DNA of 63,783 nucleotides, filler included, from Basidiobolus ranarum (GCA_040143965.1; 21 parts of 21 records of this genome joined end to end with filler, not necessarily neighbours in it); one strand, 5' to 3'. Positions 27,134-38,913 are shown, numbered from the whole stretch's first letter. The notes: a model not told the origin generated them from the sequence alone. Program-made: numbers and translations.

Positions 27134-27335
27134 TGTTGAAATTAGCATTGCCTAAACACCTATATAGTCATATATAGCTTAGTACTTAGTTATCTTATAA
27201 TTCACTAAGATATTATAAATTATCCTCAATCGGAATTTACTTAGAATATTTTTACCAACTTAGAAGTTCTCAGATATATAGATTTTTCAAACTTGTGCTA
27301 GAAGCCCCAAACTTTGCACACATGTTCCTGGGACC
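27134..27335 (+). mobile_element. Copia family-A LTR, partial
   Basis: TGTTGAAATTAGCATTGCC..., collinear with 29373-29711. Confidence 0.85.
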
Positions 27336-27435
27336 NNNNNNNNNNNNNNNNNNNNNNNNNNNNNNNNNNNNNNNNNNNNTTAATTAATTAANNNNNNNNN
27401 NNNNNNNNNNNNNNNNNNNNNNNNNNNNNNNNNNN

Positions 27436-28252
27436 ATATTTCACCGGGCACGTGGATTGTAAGTGGTTCACTACTTTGACCTATGGGCGGCTGATAGTCC
27501 TTGGGCCTTCTTATCTTGAGCGATTGGCCTTGAAAACTAATCCCATCGAATGCCATGGCGGCAGTGGCTTCTTCGACCGCTTTGAACTCAACAAAAGCAT
27601 AATTTTTATCATGAATGATCTGTACAGCAACAACAGGCTTATCAGTGCCGACTGTAATATTAAGCTCTAGCATTGCAGCGTTGAAAAAATCAGCTATACT
27701 TTCTTCGTTTATACCGTACGGAATATTACCAACATATAACCTTCGAGATTGACGAGCTAAACTAGCATTTTGTGCGGCCGGTCCAGCAGCTCCCTGACTT
27801 AATTTTGAAGGATCCATTGAACTAATGGCAGCCTGTTGAGCTATTAAACCAAACGGATGAGCACTAGGACCTCCAAGCCCTGTTGTGTGACCAGGCAAAG
27901 GGAAATGTCCGGTAGCTTTGACTTCCTCGGCAGACATGCCCTCATAACCAGGAGGTGGTACATCCCAGTTGTGGAGGCTCCGGGGTCTCAAATGAAGTGG
28001 AATGACTGAAGGACTTCTTTGTCTAGACCGTGACCTACTGCGACGTGATCTTCGATTCTCTCTTTCTTCGGGCTTTCTTCTTCTATCTCGTTCATGAGAT
28101 CTACCACTTGAGCGTTCTTGCTCTCTTCTGCTACTACGACGATCCCTTTCTCTATCTTTTTCTCGTTCACGACGATCATCTCGAGAACGATGCTCTCTCT
28201 CTCGTGAGCGATAATGCTCATCATGGTCTCGATGGGCAAGAGCAGTTTCCAT
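27436..28252 (-). CDS. U2AF2: U2AF large subunit, 5' part
   Basis: RS domain, WDVPPPGYE ULM, RRM1 RQSRRLYVGNIP...KNYAFVEF...AFDGI...LKIRRPKDY. Confidence 0.95.
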
Positions 28253-29372
28253 TTGTTAGTGAGCGTTGCCTGATGTATTTAAGTATTGATATAAGCTAGA
28301 TACCATAAACACAGGACAAATCAAATTATAAAAAAGAATAGATATAATAAGAGAAATAAAAACAATAACTCAGTTAAAATAGAGATTGAGCCGAAATATA
28401 GGCTAAAGAATGAAGGGGGACTGATCATATGAGAGCCTGCATGTTTGCATTGATCGCCTGGTTGACAAAAAAGAAAAAGGATATTTGTAATCAAGTTCAG
28501 GTGATTAGATGTCTTAATTAGCAGGAGCCACTTTACGCATCTCAGTACAGTTTTGTTATATACCTGTGGAGTAGTGAATTCAAAGGCTATTCATAACTAA
28601 ATCCGAATTATATGGTCCTGTATTTACTATATATATGCTTAAGTGACTTGTGTATCAAGATAATTAGGATTTCGATAACAAATTGCTCTCATTGAATAAC
28701 GCCTTGGTATATTATATATTGGTACATACTGCCATATATGGTGGACCTATCAATGTTCTTGTCCCAACAAGATAAAATCAGAGCCATATAAACAAATATT
28801 TAGAAATGAAATGCTATATATTTAGGCAATATTCACTCAATGAATGAAACAGTATAGCTGAACTCTTAACAATAACCCCATAACCAACAAGTATCACAGG
28901 AAACATAATTACATAACTGAACCAGACTTTGTAGAGAAATTTCTACAAAATATTCATAGCTAATCAATACACCGCTTTATTGAGAGAATTTAGTAAAAAA
29001 ATGCCTCTATGGTTTTATGTTTAAAATCTTGCCCCCCATCTGCATCACTGAACCCAGCTAGACCTTCCTCTGCAAAATAAATTTTTTATCTTAGTTTCAT
29101 ATTGATGGTCCACTTCAAATAACTGAAAAGTAATAAAATACAGCCATAATATGCTGATCCCGGATTTTGCACATGTTAATATTGAAAAGAGTCCCACCAA
29201 TAATAAGAATAAGCTCTATAATTAGTGCAAATTTTTGTAAAGTATTCAGCCACAATATCCCTTACTTATAATCAACAAATGCCCTACTACTAGTGGAAGT
29301 TTCACTACTTGAATATATTGTGCTATGACTAAAAAAAAGCATCACATATCTTCATCTATCTCACCAAGGAGT

Positions 29373-29711
29373 TATTGAAATTAGCATTGCATAAACACCT
29401 ATGCAGTCATATATAGCTAAGCACTTAGTTAACCTATATTTCACTAAAATATTATCCATTATTCTCAAATGGAATTTACTTGGAATATTTTTACCAACTT
29501 AGAAATTCTCAGATATATAGATTTGTCCAAGAAGTCCCAAGCTTTGCACACATGTTCCTCAGACCTTCCTTAACCCATTCTACATGCTATCTTGCTTACA
29601 TCTTGACAAAACTATCAATGTCAACTTTCTACTCAATAAATCAATAAGTGGAAACCATCAATATCTCGAATTATCCAAACCACTTTCAACAGGCTCCCAA
29701 ATACTTTAACA
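29373..29711 (+). mobile_element. Copia family-A 5' LTR
   Basis: T(A)TTGAAA...TTTAACA, immediately followed by the PBS and gag. Confidence 0.9.
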
Positions 29712-29723
29712 GGCTATGAGCCC
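29712..29723 (+). promoter_or_regulatory. Primer binding site for the tRNAiMet anticodon half
   Basis: GGCTATGAGCCC, one mismatch from GGTTATGAGCCC (Ty5/copia-type PBS), directly after the LTR-terminal CA. Confidence 0.8.
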
Positions 29724-29742
29724 CAAGTTTGCACTCTCTGTA

Positions 29743-30378
29743 ATGTCTACTTCTCAAATTTACGATACTTTTCCCTCTTCTGAAAAATTGGATGGAACCA
29801 ATTATCAAGTTTGGAATATTATAATGAAATGCTGCTGCAAGAAGAAGGACTTTGGGACACTGTTGCAGGAGAAGAAAACAATGCAAAACTATCTGAAATC
29901 AAAGATTTACTCCAGGTTAAAAAAGAACAAAGTGCCTTTAAAACAATTTGTCTCAATGCTAAAGACAAATTGCTAATTCAATGTTCAAGAGCCATAACTG
30001 TCAAGAAGGTATGGAAAGCCTTGGAAGGCACCTACCAAACAAGTTCTGCTGTCATCAAGATGTTTCTAAGAAAACAATTCTTTAACTTAAAGATGAAGCC
30101 AGGAGTTGACAGTAAATCACTAATTAATATAGTCACTATTTTAGTGGATGAAATGGAATGCATTAAAGAACCTACTACTGATCAGGATATCATAGTTACC
30201 ATCCTGAATAGCCTGCCACACAAGTTTCAGAACCTATTAATGGCTCTGGAATCAAGAACTGAAAATCTGACCTTAAATTATGTATTTGGCAGACTTCTGG
30301 ATGAAGATTTACACAAATTAGGATCCAACCAAAAGAATGAAGAAAATGCTTTAATAGGCTATGTGAAACATTTTTATA
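29743..30378 (+). mobile_element. Copia gag (frameshifted)
   Basis: EKLDGTNYQVW then MLLQEEGLWD...VWKALE...ILNSLP. Same family as the gag at 5400-6005. Confidence 0.88.
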
Positions 30379-30478
30379 NNNNNNNNNNNNNNNNNNNNNN
30401 NNNNNNNNNNNNNNNNNNNNNNTTAATTAATTAANNNNNNNNNNNNNNNNNNNNNNNNNNNNNNNNNNNNNNNNNNNN

Positions 30479-31069
30479 ATTTGTTCACTGCAAGTTGGGG
30501 ATATTTTGGCTGAATTCTGTAGAGAAATTTGCAAAAATAAAAGAGCTTATTATCATTGTGAACAATAAAAAGAGGAAGCTATGTGCCAAGTGTGAGGGCT
30601 ATTCAAAATTTCAGATGTTTAGCAATTTTTCCACCATTAGTTTACTGGTAAAGCATATTGATGTTGTTGAGTTATGTCTGATCAGTCAAGTATGTGCATA
30701 TGTAGAGACTAAACATAACAAAATTCTTATATTGTTTGATTCTTATTATGGCTGAAATTCAAAGCCTGAAATATCTAAAAAATGGCATGCATATTAACTC
30801 AAATTTCTACAGCGGTAAACCCAGTAATTTGCCATTTGAAAATAAAGATTTTTTCAAAAATTGCCAGATCTTGAATAATGCATGCCAAATTTGAGGATTA
30901 ATATTTTAACAGGCATGAATACCATCAAAATAGCATCAAGAAACCATTGTCACAACATCAAGTTCCCTGGCAGAATGCAAGCCACTGATATTGTGAAGGT
31001 TTTCTGATGGTTTTGCAATTCAGGAGGGTGCATCTGCTCCAGATCAAATTGATTTTAATTTTCTTAGGG
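30479..31069 (+). repeat. Unclassified repeat, copy 1 (inverted relative to 32166-32755)
   Basis: Aligns along its length to the reverse complement of 32166-32755. Both share ...FSTISLLVKHIDV.ELCLISQVC.YVETKHNKILI.FDSYYG in the ORF track. Confidence 0.85.
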
Positions 31070-32165
31070 CGATTTTAGCAATTTCAGCTAAAATCAGTTT
31101 ATTATACATTAAATGGATGTTAAATCTGCTTTTTTGAATGGTGAGCTTGCTGAGGAGATCTATATGGACCAGCCAGATGGATTTGTGGACCCTGAAAACC
31201 CTAAAAAAGCTTGTAGACTCCTGAAAACACTCCATGGCTCAAAACAATCTCCAAGAGCTTGGAATAGCAAGATAGATGCTCTTTTGGCAACACTCAAATT
31301 CCAAAAGAATACTGTTGACTATATTATCTACTTCATGCCAGATAAGACAAACCCAGTTTTATTAGCCTAATGTAAAGATGACCTGATTATAGCAACAAAT
31401 AACTTGAAGACTTTGGAGAAATCCAAATCCAGCCTATCTGTCAAATACAAAATGACTGATCTTGGTAAACTGATGTAGTATCTGGGAGTCCACATTAAGA
31501 CCAATAGAGCTACCAAAGCAATAACTTCAAACCAGTCTAAGTATATCCTGAATATACTAAAGAAGTTGAAAATGGAAGAATGTAATAAAGTGTTTACCCC
31601 AATGCGGACAAATCTTAACTTGACCAAAAATGCCTCAAATCAGATATTCTTGGATTCAAATGAAAGCCAGAAATTTTCTTATCAAACAATGGCTGGTAGC
31701 TTGATATATATCAAGGTTGGAACACAGCCAAATATTGCCTATGATGTAGGAGTTATGGTCCAATATCTTCAAAATTAAGGATCTGATCAAATCCTAGCAG
31801 TTCAGTGGTTTGCAGATATTTGAAAGGTATAGTGGATCAACGCTTAAAATACACATAATCTGGATCAAACTTTGATCCAATGGGATATTCAGTTGCAAAT
31901 TGGGAAAGTGATAATGAGGACAGGAGATCTACAACAGGATACTTATTTTGATGCTGTAACAGTGCCATTTCTTGTAATACAAAGAAACACCCTACCATAG
32001 CACTTTCAACAACTAAAGCTGAATACATGGCTGCCTGTGAAGCAACAAAAGAAGCAGTTTGGCTAGGAAAACTTTGAACATGTATGGATTATTTTCAAGA
32101 TTCACAAACTACAACATTTCAAGATAGTCAAAGTTGTATCAAATTGGCTAAGAATCCCACATTTA
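31070..32165 (+). mobile_element. Degenerate Copia RT-RNase H fragment
   Basis: [48 protein letters not shown]. Confidence 0.9.
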
Positions 32166-32755
32166 ACCTAACAACAATAAAATCAATCTAATCCAGATTG
32201 GATCAACCCTTTGTAATAGCAAAACTGTCAGTGAACCATCACAATATTGGTGGCTTGTATTCTGCAAGGGATTTTGATAATGTGATGGCAGTTTATTGAT
32301 GGTATTTTGATGGTATACATACATGTTAAATTGTTAATCCGCAAATTTGGCATGCTTTATTCAATATCTGGCAATTTTTGCAAAAATCCAATTTTTGAAT
32401 GGCAAATTACTAGGTTTGCTGCTGTAGGAATTTGAATTAAGATGCATGCCTTTTTTAAGATGTTTGGGCTTTGTATTCCAGCCATAATAAGAATCAAAAA
32501 ATATTAGAATTTTGTTGTGTTTAGTCTCTACATATGGACATACTTGACTGATCAGACATAACTCAGCAACATCAATATGCTTTACCAGCAAACTAATGGT
32601 GGAAAAATTGGTAAACATCAGAAAATTTCAACAGCACTAACGCTTGGCAAATAGCTGACACTTGTCACCATTCACAATGAGAATAAGTTCTTGGATTTTG
32701 GCAAATTTCTGTGAAGAATTCAGCCAATATATCCCCAACTTGCAGTCAACAAATA
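32166..32755 (-). repeat. Unclassified repeat, copy 2
   Basis: Inverted diverged copy of 30479-31069; may extend further right. Confidence 0.85.
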
Positions 32756-32985
32756 TCCCGCCACAAGTAGATGTGTCATTGCTTGAATGGATTACCCCAT
32801 GGCTAAAACAATGATACTGTGTATCTTGATATATCTCACCCAGAGGTCGGTTGTGCAGCTTTCCTAAAAATAACATCACATTATTACACCAACAAATTAG
32901 TCCAAGATATAGAGGTACTTACTCTGTGTCCATGGATTGTGCTTTGTTGCTGTTATTGTGCTCAAATAATGAAAAAACTCATGAG

Positions 32986-33420
32986 TGTCACAATAAGGAA
33001 CTGGACAAGGACTGGAAACAACAACAAGAGGCTAGAAGGCAGGAGAGTACTTGGGTGTAGACCACAAGACAAGACAAGACTGGACAGGAAGATACTTTGG
33101 CAAGAATCTTGATTGATAACTGGCATTGATCAGATGGAGGTCTGATCAAGGAATACATGGGGCTTATTTAGATATTGCAAGGTGAAACATAATATACTGA
33201 ATAGGGAATATACTGTGGCAAGTTCAAGAGTTGGGGTGTTAGGGACTATAAGGACCAATACAAAGAGGGATGATGTAAGGATGATCAGGTGACCTTCCAT
33301 GGAAGGTCTTGGCGGAAATACACTATGTGTGGGATGACATTATTGATCAAGCTTCATGGAATGTTCCAAAGAACATGATTTCCATATAAGGTAATCTGGA
33401 TGAACTGACACCAGGTTGCC
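32986..33420 (-). mobile_element. Gypsy LTR, partial
   Basis: Begins TGTCACA; 33220-33420 is homologous to 59760-59965 and to 1-120. Confidence 0.7.
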
Positions 33421-33520
33421 NNNNNNNNNNNNNNNNNNNNNNNNNNNNNNNNNNNNNNNNNNNNTTAATTAATTAANNNNNNNNNNNNNNNNNNNNNNNN
33501 NNNNNNNNNNNNNNNNNNNN

Positions 33521-34119
33521 ATGGAGGGGAATATACCTCAAAACTCTTCTCTAACTTCTGTTCAACACATGGGATAAAGCAGCAGACTACAGTGCCATAT
33601 TCTCCACAGCAGAATGGAGTAGCAGAATGTGGAAACAGATGAATAATGGAAAAGGCAAGATCAATGCTTCATGATCAAGATTTACCAAAACAGTTTTGGG
33701 CTGAATTGGTTGCAACTGCAGTATATATTAGGAAGAGATGTCCTTCTGGGTCCCTATTGGCTATGACACCTTATCGAGCTTGTTTTGGAAGTAAACCTGA
33801 TGTGGCTAATCTCAGAGTTTTTTGAAGTACCACATATGCAATGATTCCAGACCAGAAGAAATCAAAATTAGAACAAAAAAGCCAGAAATGTCTTTTTTTG
33901 GGATATTGTGATGGAACAAAAGGGCACAGGCTATATTGCACTGAAAATAAGAGGCTAATCAAGTCAAGAAACATGGAATTTGCTGAAGAAGAAAAATTTT
34001 CAATAAAAACAATCCAGGATCAAGAAACACAACCAAACATTGATGAAAATTCTACTTTCTCTCACCAGATCCTGATCAGTGAGAAAAACCTTGAAAATTC
34101 TTCACCTGCAGTCTCCTAA
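33521..34119 (+). mobile_element. Copia integrase fragment
   Basis: GGEY, PYSPQQNGVAE, KARSML, FWAELVATAVY, KCLFLGY. Confidence 0.9.
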
Positions 34120-34399
34120 ACTAAGACTGAAGTGGTTTCATTGCCTAAAGTGGTACCAGAAGTTGTAGTGACAATTTCCTATCATAGGAGAACCAATTAG
34201 ATGAGGTCTCCACTTGATTACTACTCTCACATTAGCAAAAGGAACCTGGTGCTAATTTGCTTTTTCAGATGAGCAAGAAAATTCTTTGGACTTGTATTAT
34301 CTGCCATTGTTGCTTCTTATTACACTGATATCTTGTGCTGTTTCTTCCTCTACCATTGCCTACCAGTGCTTGAATGTACTTAAAGCTTGAAATTTGGAA

Positions 34400-35914
34400 A
34401 TGTGGAAGAAGACCCAAGTATATCTTGTTTTGTCACCAGGAAAGGTCATAAAGTACCTTTTGCCATCTAGTGGGATGTGTTTCATGGGTGCACTTGAATT
34501 AGAATGAATCAGGACAAAATTATGAGTGGATTTGATCCTTCAAGAGCTTGAGAAAAGTTGTTTGGATGTTTTCCCTATATGCAACCTTCACATAGAGCCA
34601 ATTTGGCAATTTTTGCAATTTACAAGCCTGAAATAAGTTGGTTTTGGATTATTTGGGTTGTTTTTTGTTCGCCAATGTGTCCTAGACTTCCATAACATGT
34701 TTGACAACTTATTTAACCAGTTTTGGCCAAGTTTGCTTACTCAGAATGCAATTTGTTTGTTTCTAGCTTGAATAAGTTTTAAGTTTAAATCCCAGTAGCC
34801 AATTTGGTATTTTTTTGATCAGTAACAGTCCGTTTAGCCTTGCTCAGCACAGAAACTAGTCCTTGAGGTGTTGCTTAACTTAATGAGAAGAGATTATTGA
34901 CTATATTGGCAAATACAGTACATGCTTTAATTTTGCAGATGGTGTGGCTGAGTTGGAGTCCAAGTTGAGCACAACAGTACCCTTACTAACTGCATTCAGT
35001 GCATAGTCATCTCCTAACAAGACTTTCCATGGTTAGATGGGTCTTAATTTGGAAAACCAATCTTTTTTGTTTGATATATGCTGAGATGCTCCTAAATCAA
35101 TGTACCACATTTCTGAATCTCCCTTAGTGGGTACTGATACAACAGACACAAATAGATGATCCTATCAGTGCTTGCTTGATTTGCTTCTTCTGATTTTAGC
35201 TTTTTGCCAAAAATCCTTTTTCTGCAATCTTTAATTAAATGGCCTGATTTCTTAAAATACATGCAGATGATTGATTTCCTTCTAGAGGCATTATGATTGA
35301 CGCATGTTGGACATTTTACAGCTACATGAAAAGCCTGAGCTGCAATATTTTGCTGAGGGTTAGATCTCCTTAATTTCTCATTTAACATTCAAGTACTAAA
35401 ATATTACATTGTCAATGCTTTTGATTTTGATTCAAGGGCAGCTTTGAGATTCCAAAACTTGTCTGGCATGCTCCCAAGAAGTGTTGTCACTAAGTCATCT
35501 TCAACTTATGGTGCCTTAATAGATGAGAGCTGATCAGCCATAGTTTCTGTCAAGTTTATATGATTAGCCAAAGCATTATCATAATTCATCTGAATTAAGA
35601 ATTATTATAATATAAGATATAGCCTATTAGCCAGAATTTTAGTTTGACATAGTTCCTCAAATGTTTCCCAAGCATTTTTGGGTGTTTTTGGTTATGTGTA
35701 TGTGTCTCAATGGACAGTCTCTGAGATGTAGAAAAGTATAGAGAGTGATTTCCTCTGCTTCTTGCAAAATGGGCTCTATATGCTCAGCTGTAACAAACTC
35801 CCAAAGGTCCTTGTCTTCTAGCACCATTTGCATTGTGAACTTCCAAAGTTGAAAGTCATTGCCATCAAACTTCTCTGTGAATGCAAAAACATTAGTATTA
35901 GTGTAGGTATGCAT
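34400..35914 (-). mobile_element. Degenerate Copia (family B) gag-protease-integrase start
   Basis: EKFDGNDFQLWKF.MQMVLEDKDLW, knuckle C.YFKKSGHLIKDC, W.IDLGASQH. Confidence 0.85.
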
Positions 35915-35944
35915 TCCTTCAGCAGCTAGCTTAGGGTTTATAAT

Positions 35945-36294
35945 CTGATAGAAGTTTTTAGGATTTTGGACACATTTTTGACAAGATCTGACCTTGTGAA
36001 TTTAACACTTAAGTCTTATTGTATTGAGGATGTCCTAATAATAGTTTACTATAAACTAAGATCATTGGACATGTTCAGACTATAATTGACATGCCTGTAA
36101 GGCATGGGTGGAAATTTGAGGTGATATGAAAAGCTTTGAGAGAGTGGCAAAAATTGGTACAAGAGTTTTATTAATATTTCAATCAATTAAAGCAATAAAC
36201 ACATGTTTTTGAATAGCAAAATTTGGTGCTTAATAATCTGAATATGAATAAAGTAACTGCTAATTAATGAGTTACTATTTACCCAATGTTAACC
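35945..36294 (-). mobile_element. Copia family-B 5' LTR with decayed PBS
   Basis: Homologous to 41770-42036. Followed on the minus strand by GATTATAAACCC (G>A-decayed GGTTATGAGCCC) and then gag. Confidence 0.7.
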
Positions 36295-36562
36295 AATATG
36301 TTATCAATCTAAAAAAATGAAGAAAATGAAATAAGTGCACAATTATGCACAATTTAGACCAAAATTCAGCTATGCCATCTGCAAAATTGGATGAAGTACT
36401 GTATGTACCAAATATAGCCAGGAACCCACTCTCAGTAATCCAAGCAACAGCTCAAGGACTNNNNNNNNNNNNNNNNNNNNNNNNNNNNNNNNNNNNNNNN
36501 NNNNTTAATTAATTAANNNNNNNNNNNNNNNNNNNNNNNNNNNNNNNNNNNNNNNNNNNNTT

Positions 36563-36862
36563 TCCTCTGACGACAACCTGACTCTAGAGACCATTTTCCC
36601 AGAGAATAAAATAAATCTGGAAACTATTTTTTCCGATGGCGAATTAACTTTGGAAACTGTTTCCCCCCATGGCAATATTCAAAATTTGGAAACTTTTTCT
36701 TCGGATAATAAAGTTTTAAACTGGGAAATCAAGAGAACGCCAGTTGCGCATTTAGAAGCTGCAGAAACAGAATTAGGGAAAATGTATAATAAGGCTGGGG
36801 GAGTAGTTCCGTTAATTGCATATGTACTAATACCATATGCCTGGAATAAGGTTTGGGGATAA
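36563..36862 (+). CDS. Hypothetical protein C-terminus with 11-12 aa LET[IVF] repeats and a hydrophobic tail
   Basis: Open from the contig start: ...LETIFPENKIN LETIFSDGELT LETVSPHGNIQN LETFSSDNK...VVPLIAYVLIPYAW. Confidence 0.6.
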   Translation, partial: SSDDNLTLETIFPENKINLETIFSDGELTLETVSPHGNIQNLETFSSDNKVLNWEIKRTPVAHLEAAETELGKMYNKAGGVVPLIAYVLIPYAWNKVWG

Positions 36863-36941
36863 ACGTAGTTTATATAACAATAACCAGATTGGTGTCCGGC
36901 GTTCCCTGCCAACGTAGACCATAACTTGTGTACTTATCTAA

Positions 36942-37020
36942 TAACCTTAACCATAACCCAATAACTCTAACCCCCCTTAACCCTACCCCATTAACTTTAA
37001 ACCCTTACCGTAACCTAACA
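36942..37020 (+). repeat. Degenerate (TAACCC)-like tract
   Basis: taacct taacca taaccca taactc taacccccct taaccc taccccat...taccg taacc taac. Confidence 0.7.
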
Positions 37021-38215
37021 ACTTTCAAACGTGAAACAAACCCTCCGACAAAACTTTTTTTCCGAGTTTTAACTTCAGGCGTCTGGGTATCCAAGTTGCC
37101 ATTTAGTGATAGCCAAAAGATCTAAACGCTCTGACAAAACTTTTTTAAAATATATTATTATTTTTAAATAATTTATTGTTATATAGTAACGTTTAAATTA
37201 GGAACACTCCGATTAAACTTTTTAATATTAATTTGGTTTCCAGAGTTAAGATTCTAAGTTGGCCAGTTGTTTAAACTATATATTATCACATTTAATAATT
37301 TAAATTCCGAATCATCCTAAAATTTTTTTATTTGGGTTATTAAATGGTTAAAATTAATGTTAACTCATAGTTGTCTAAACCGTGTTCCTTTAAGATTTTT
37401 TTAACCCTCCAACTAATATTTTTATTTCCAAAAGTTAGATTTGGGTTGGACACTAGTTGCCGCAATTAGACTATTTTAGATTTAATAATTTAGATTTCCA
37501 AACCCTCTGAAAATATTTTTTAACTTAAGATTCGAATTTGGTTTCTAGAAGTTAAAATCTAAGTTAACATGGATGTTATTACAATTAATAATTTAAATCC
37601 CAAATCATCCGAGAAAACTTTTTTTAAAATAATTTTATTTCCAGAAGTTAAATTTAGGTTGGACCTTAGTTGTTGAATATATATATTGTAATAATTACCA
37701 AATTAAAATTCCAAAACCCTCTGAGAAAATATTTTTTTAACTAATATTTGAATTTGGTTTTAAAAAATTAAACTTTAAGTTGAACTATAGTTATTGTAAT
37801 CCGATCAACCCATATTTAATAATTTAAGTTTACAAACTCTCCGATTTAAATTTTTAAAACTTTATTTTGTTCCAAGAGTTTGATTTGAGACCAAACCATA
37901 GTTGTAAAAATTAGATTATACCATATTTAATAATTTAAACTTTTTCAAACTCTCCGGAAAACCTTTTTTAAAACTATTTTTATTTCCAAAATTTGCGTTG
38001 GACCTTAACCTTAGTCGGTGTAATTAGAGTTGATATCATATTTAATAATTTAAACTTCCAATTATCCGAAAAATATTTTTTTATTTCCAAAAGTTAAACT
38101 CTAGTTGTCACAATTGGGTTTTATTATAATTAATGTCCACAAATTTCCAATCATCCAAGAAATATTTTTTTAATTTGGTTTGAATTTGGTTTCCAGAAGT
38201 TAAACTCGAATGTTC
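37021..38215 (+). repeat. AT-rich array of ~12 degenerate 80-120-bp units
   Basis: Recurring TTTAATAATTTAAA..TTCCAAA..CTCCGAAAA.TTTTTT..ATTTCCA(G/A)AAGTTAAA..AAGTTG..TAGTTG. Cores near 37043, 37128, 37207, 37314, 37407, 37504, 37607, 37719, 37839, 37951, 38064 and 38152. Confidence 0.8.
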
Positions 38216-38402
38216 TCACCGTAACCCTAGCTGTTAAATCTATGTTGCATCCAATAAGAATTTTAGATAATGAGTTTTAGATCGCAAAAATATGACGTGT
38301 AACGTTTTATAGATGTTTAATCTAGATTAATAACTTTTTAAAAAGTTTTATTTGGGCAATTAAGTTTAGATTTTAAAACAAAAAGTATACGCATAAACAA
38401 TG

Positions 38403-38848
38403 TTAGTATAGAATTACTGCCATTATAATGCCAAACATTATGCCATATATATTTATATAATTTAAATTCGCAGAAGATGGGGCGGTTTGTGTAACAATAG
38501 AAATGGATATTTTACTACCAGTAGGTTTGGTAGTCATTGGAAGTTGGGTCGACGAGATAGTTGAAGTTGGTGTAGGTAAACCAATGCTGTTTACGGTACC
38601 AGTAGAAAACCCAAGGATTGCATATCCTGCTGATAATTCAGAGCCATCTGATCCAATGATTATAAGATGCAAATATATGTTTGTTTGCGTTTGATTACAT
38701 CCTTTGCACAACCCATATTTTGATATTTTTGAACCCCGCAAATTAGTTTGCGAGGATAACAAATCTGTTTGTTGTATATATTTTCCAGTTGTGCATGAAT
38801 ATGTTCCAAAAGTAAAATAATTAACTTTTGTTTTATCATATTACACAT
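38403..38848 (-). pseudogene. Putative secreted/membrane-anchored Ser/Thr-rich protein split by one frameshift
   Basis: ORF 38660-38848 has a signal-peptide-like start (MIKQKLIILLL..IHAQ). The overlapping ORF 38403-38762 has an S/T/P-rich stalk and a hydrophobic C-terminus. Confidence 0.5.
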
Positions 38849-38851
38849 TTA

Positions 38852-38901
38852 TATTCAAGATAAATTTTTATATATTTTTTAAAAATAGTTTATCTTGAAT
38901 A
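38852..38901. terminator. Intergenic hairpin, 13-bp perfect stem
   Basis: TATTCAAGATAAA (38852-38864) and TTTATCTTGAATA (38889-38901), 12 nt past the stop of ORF 38914-39495. Confidence 0.55.
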
Positions 38902-38913
38902 ATAATCATGTTA

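Noticed and set aside
37021-38215. CRISPR array
   Set aside because: Units are degenerate, with no identical 25-45-bp direct repeats, no unique fixed-length spacers and no cas genes.
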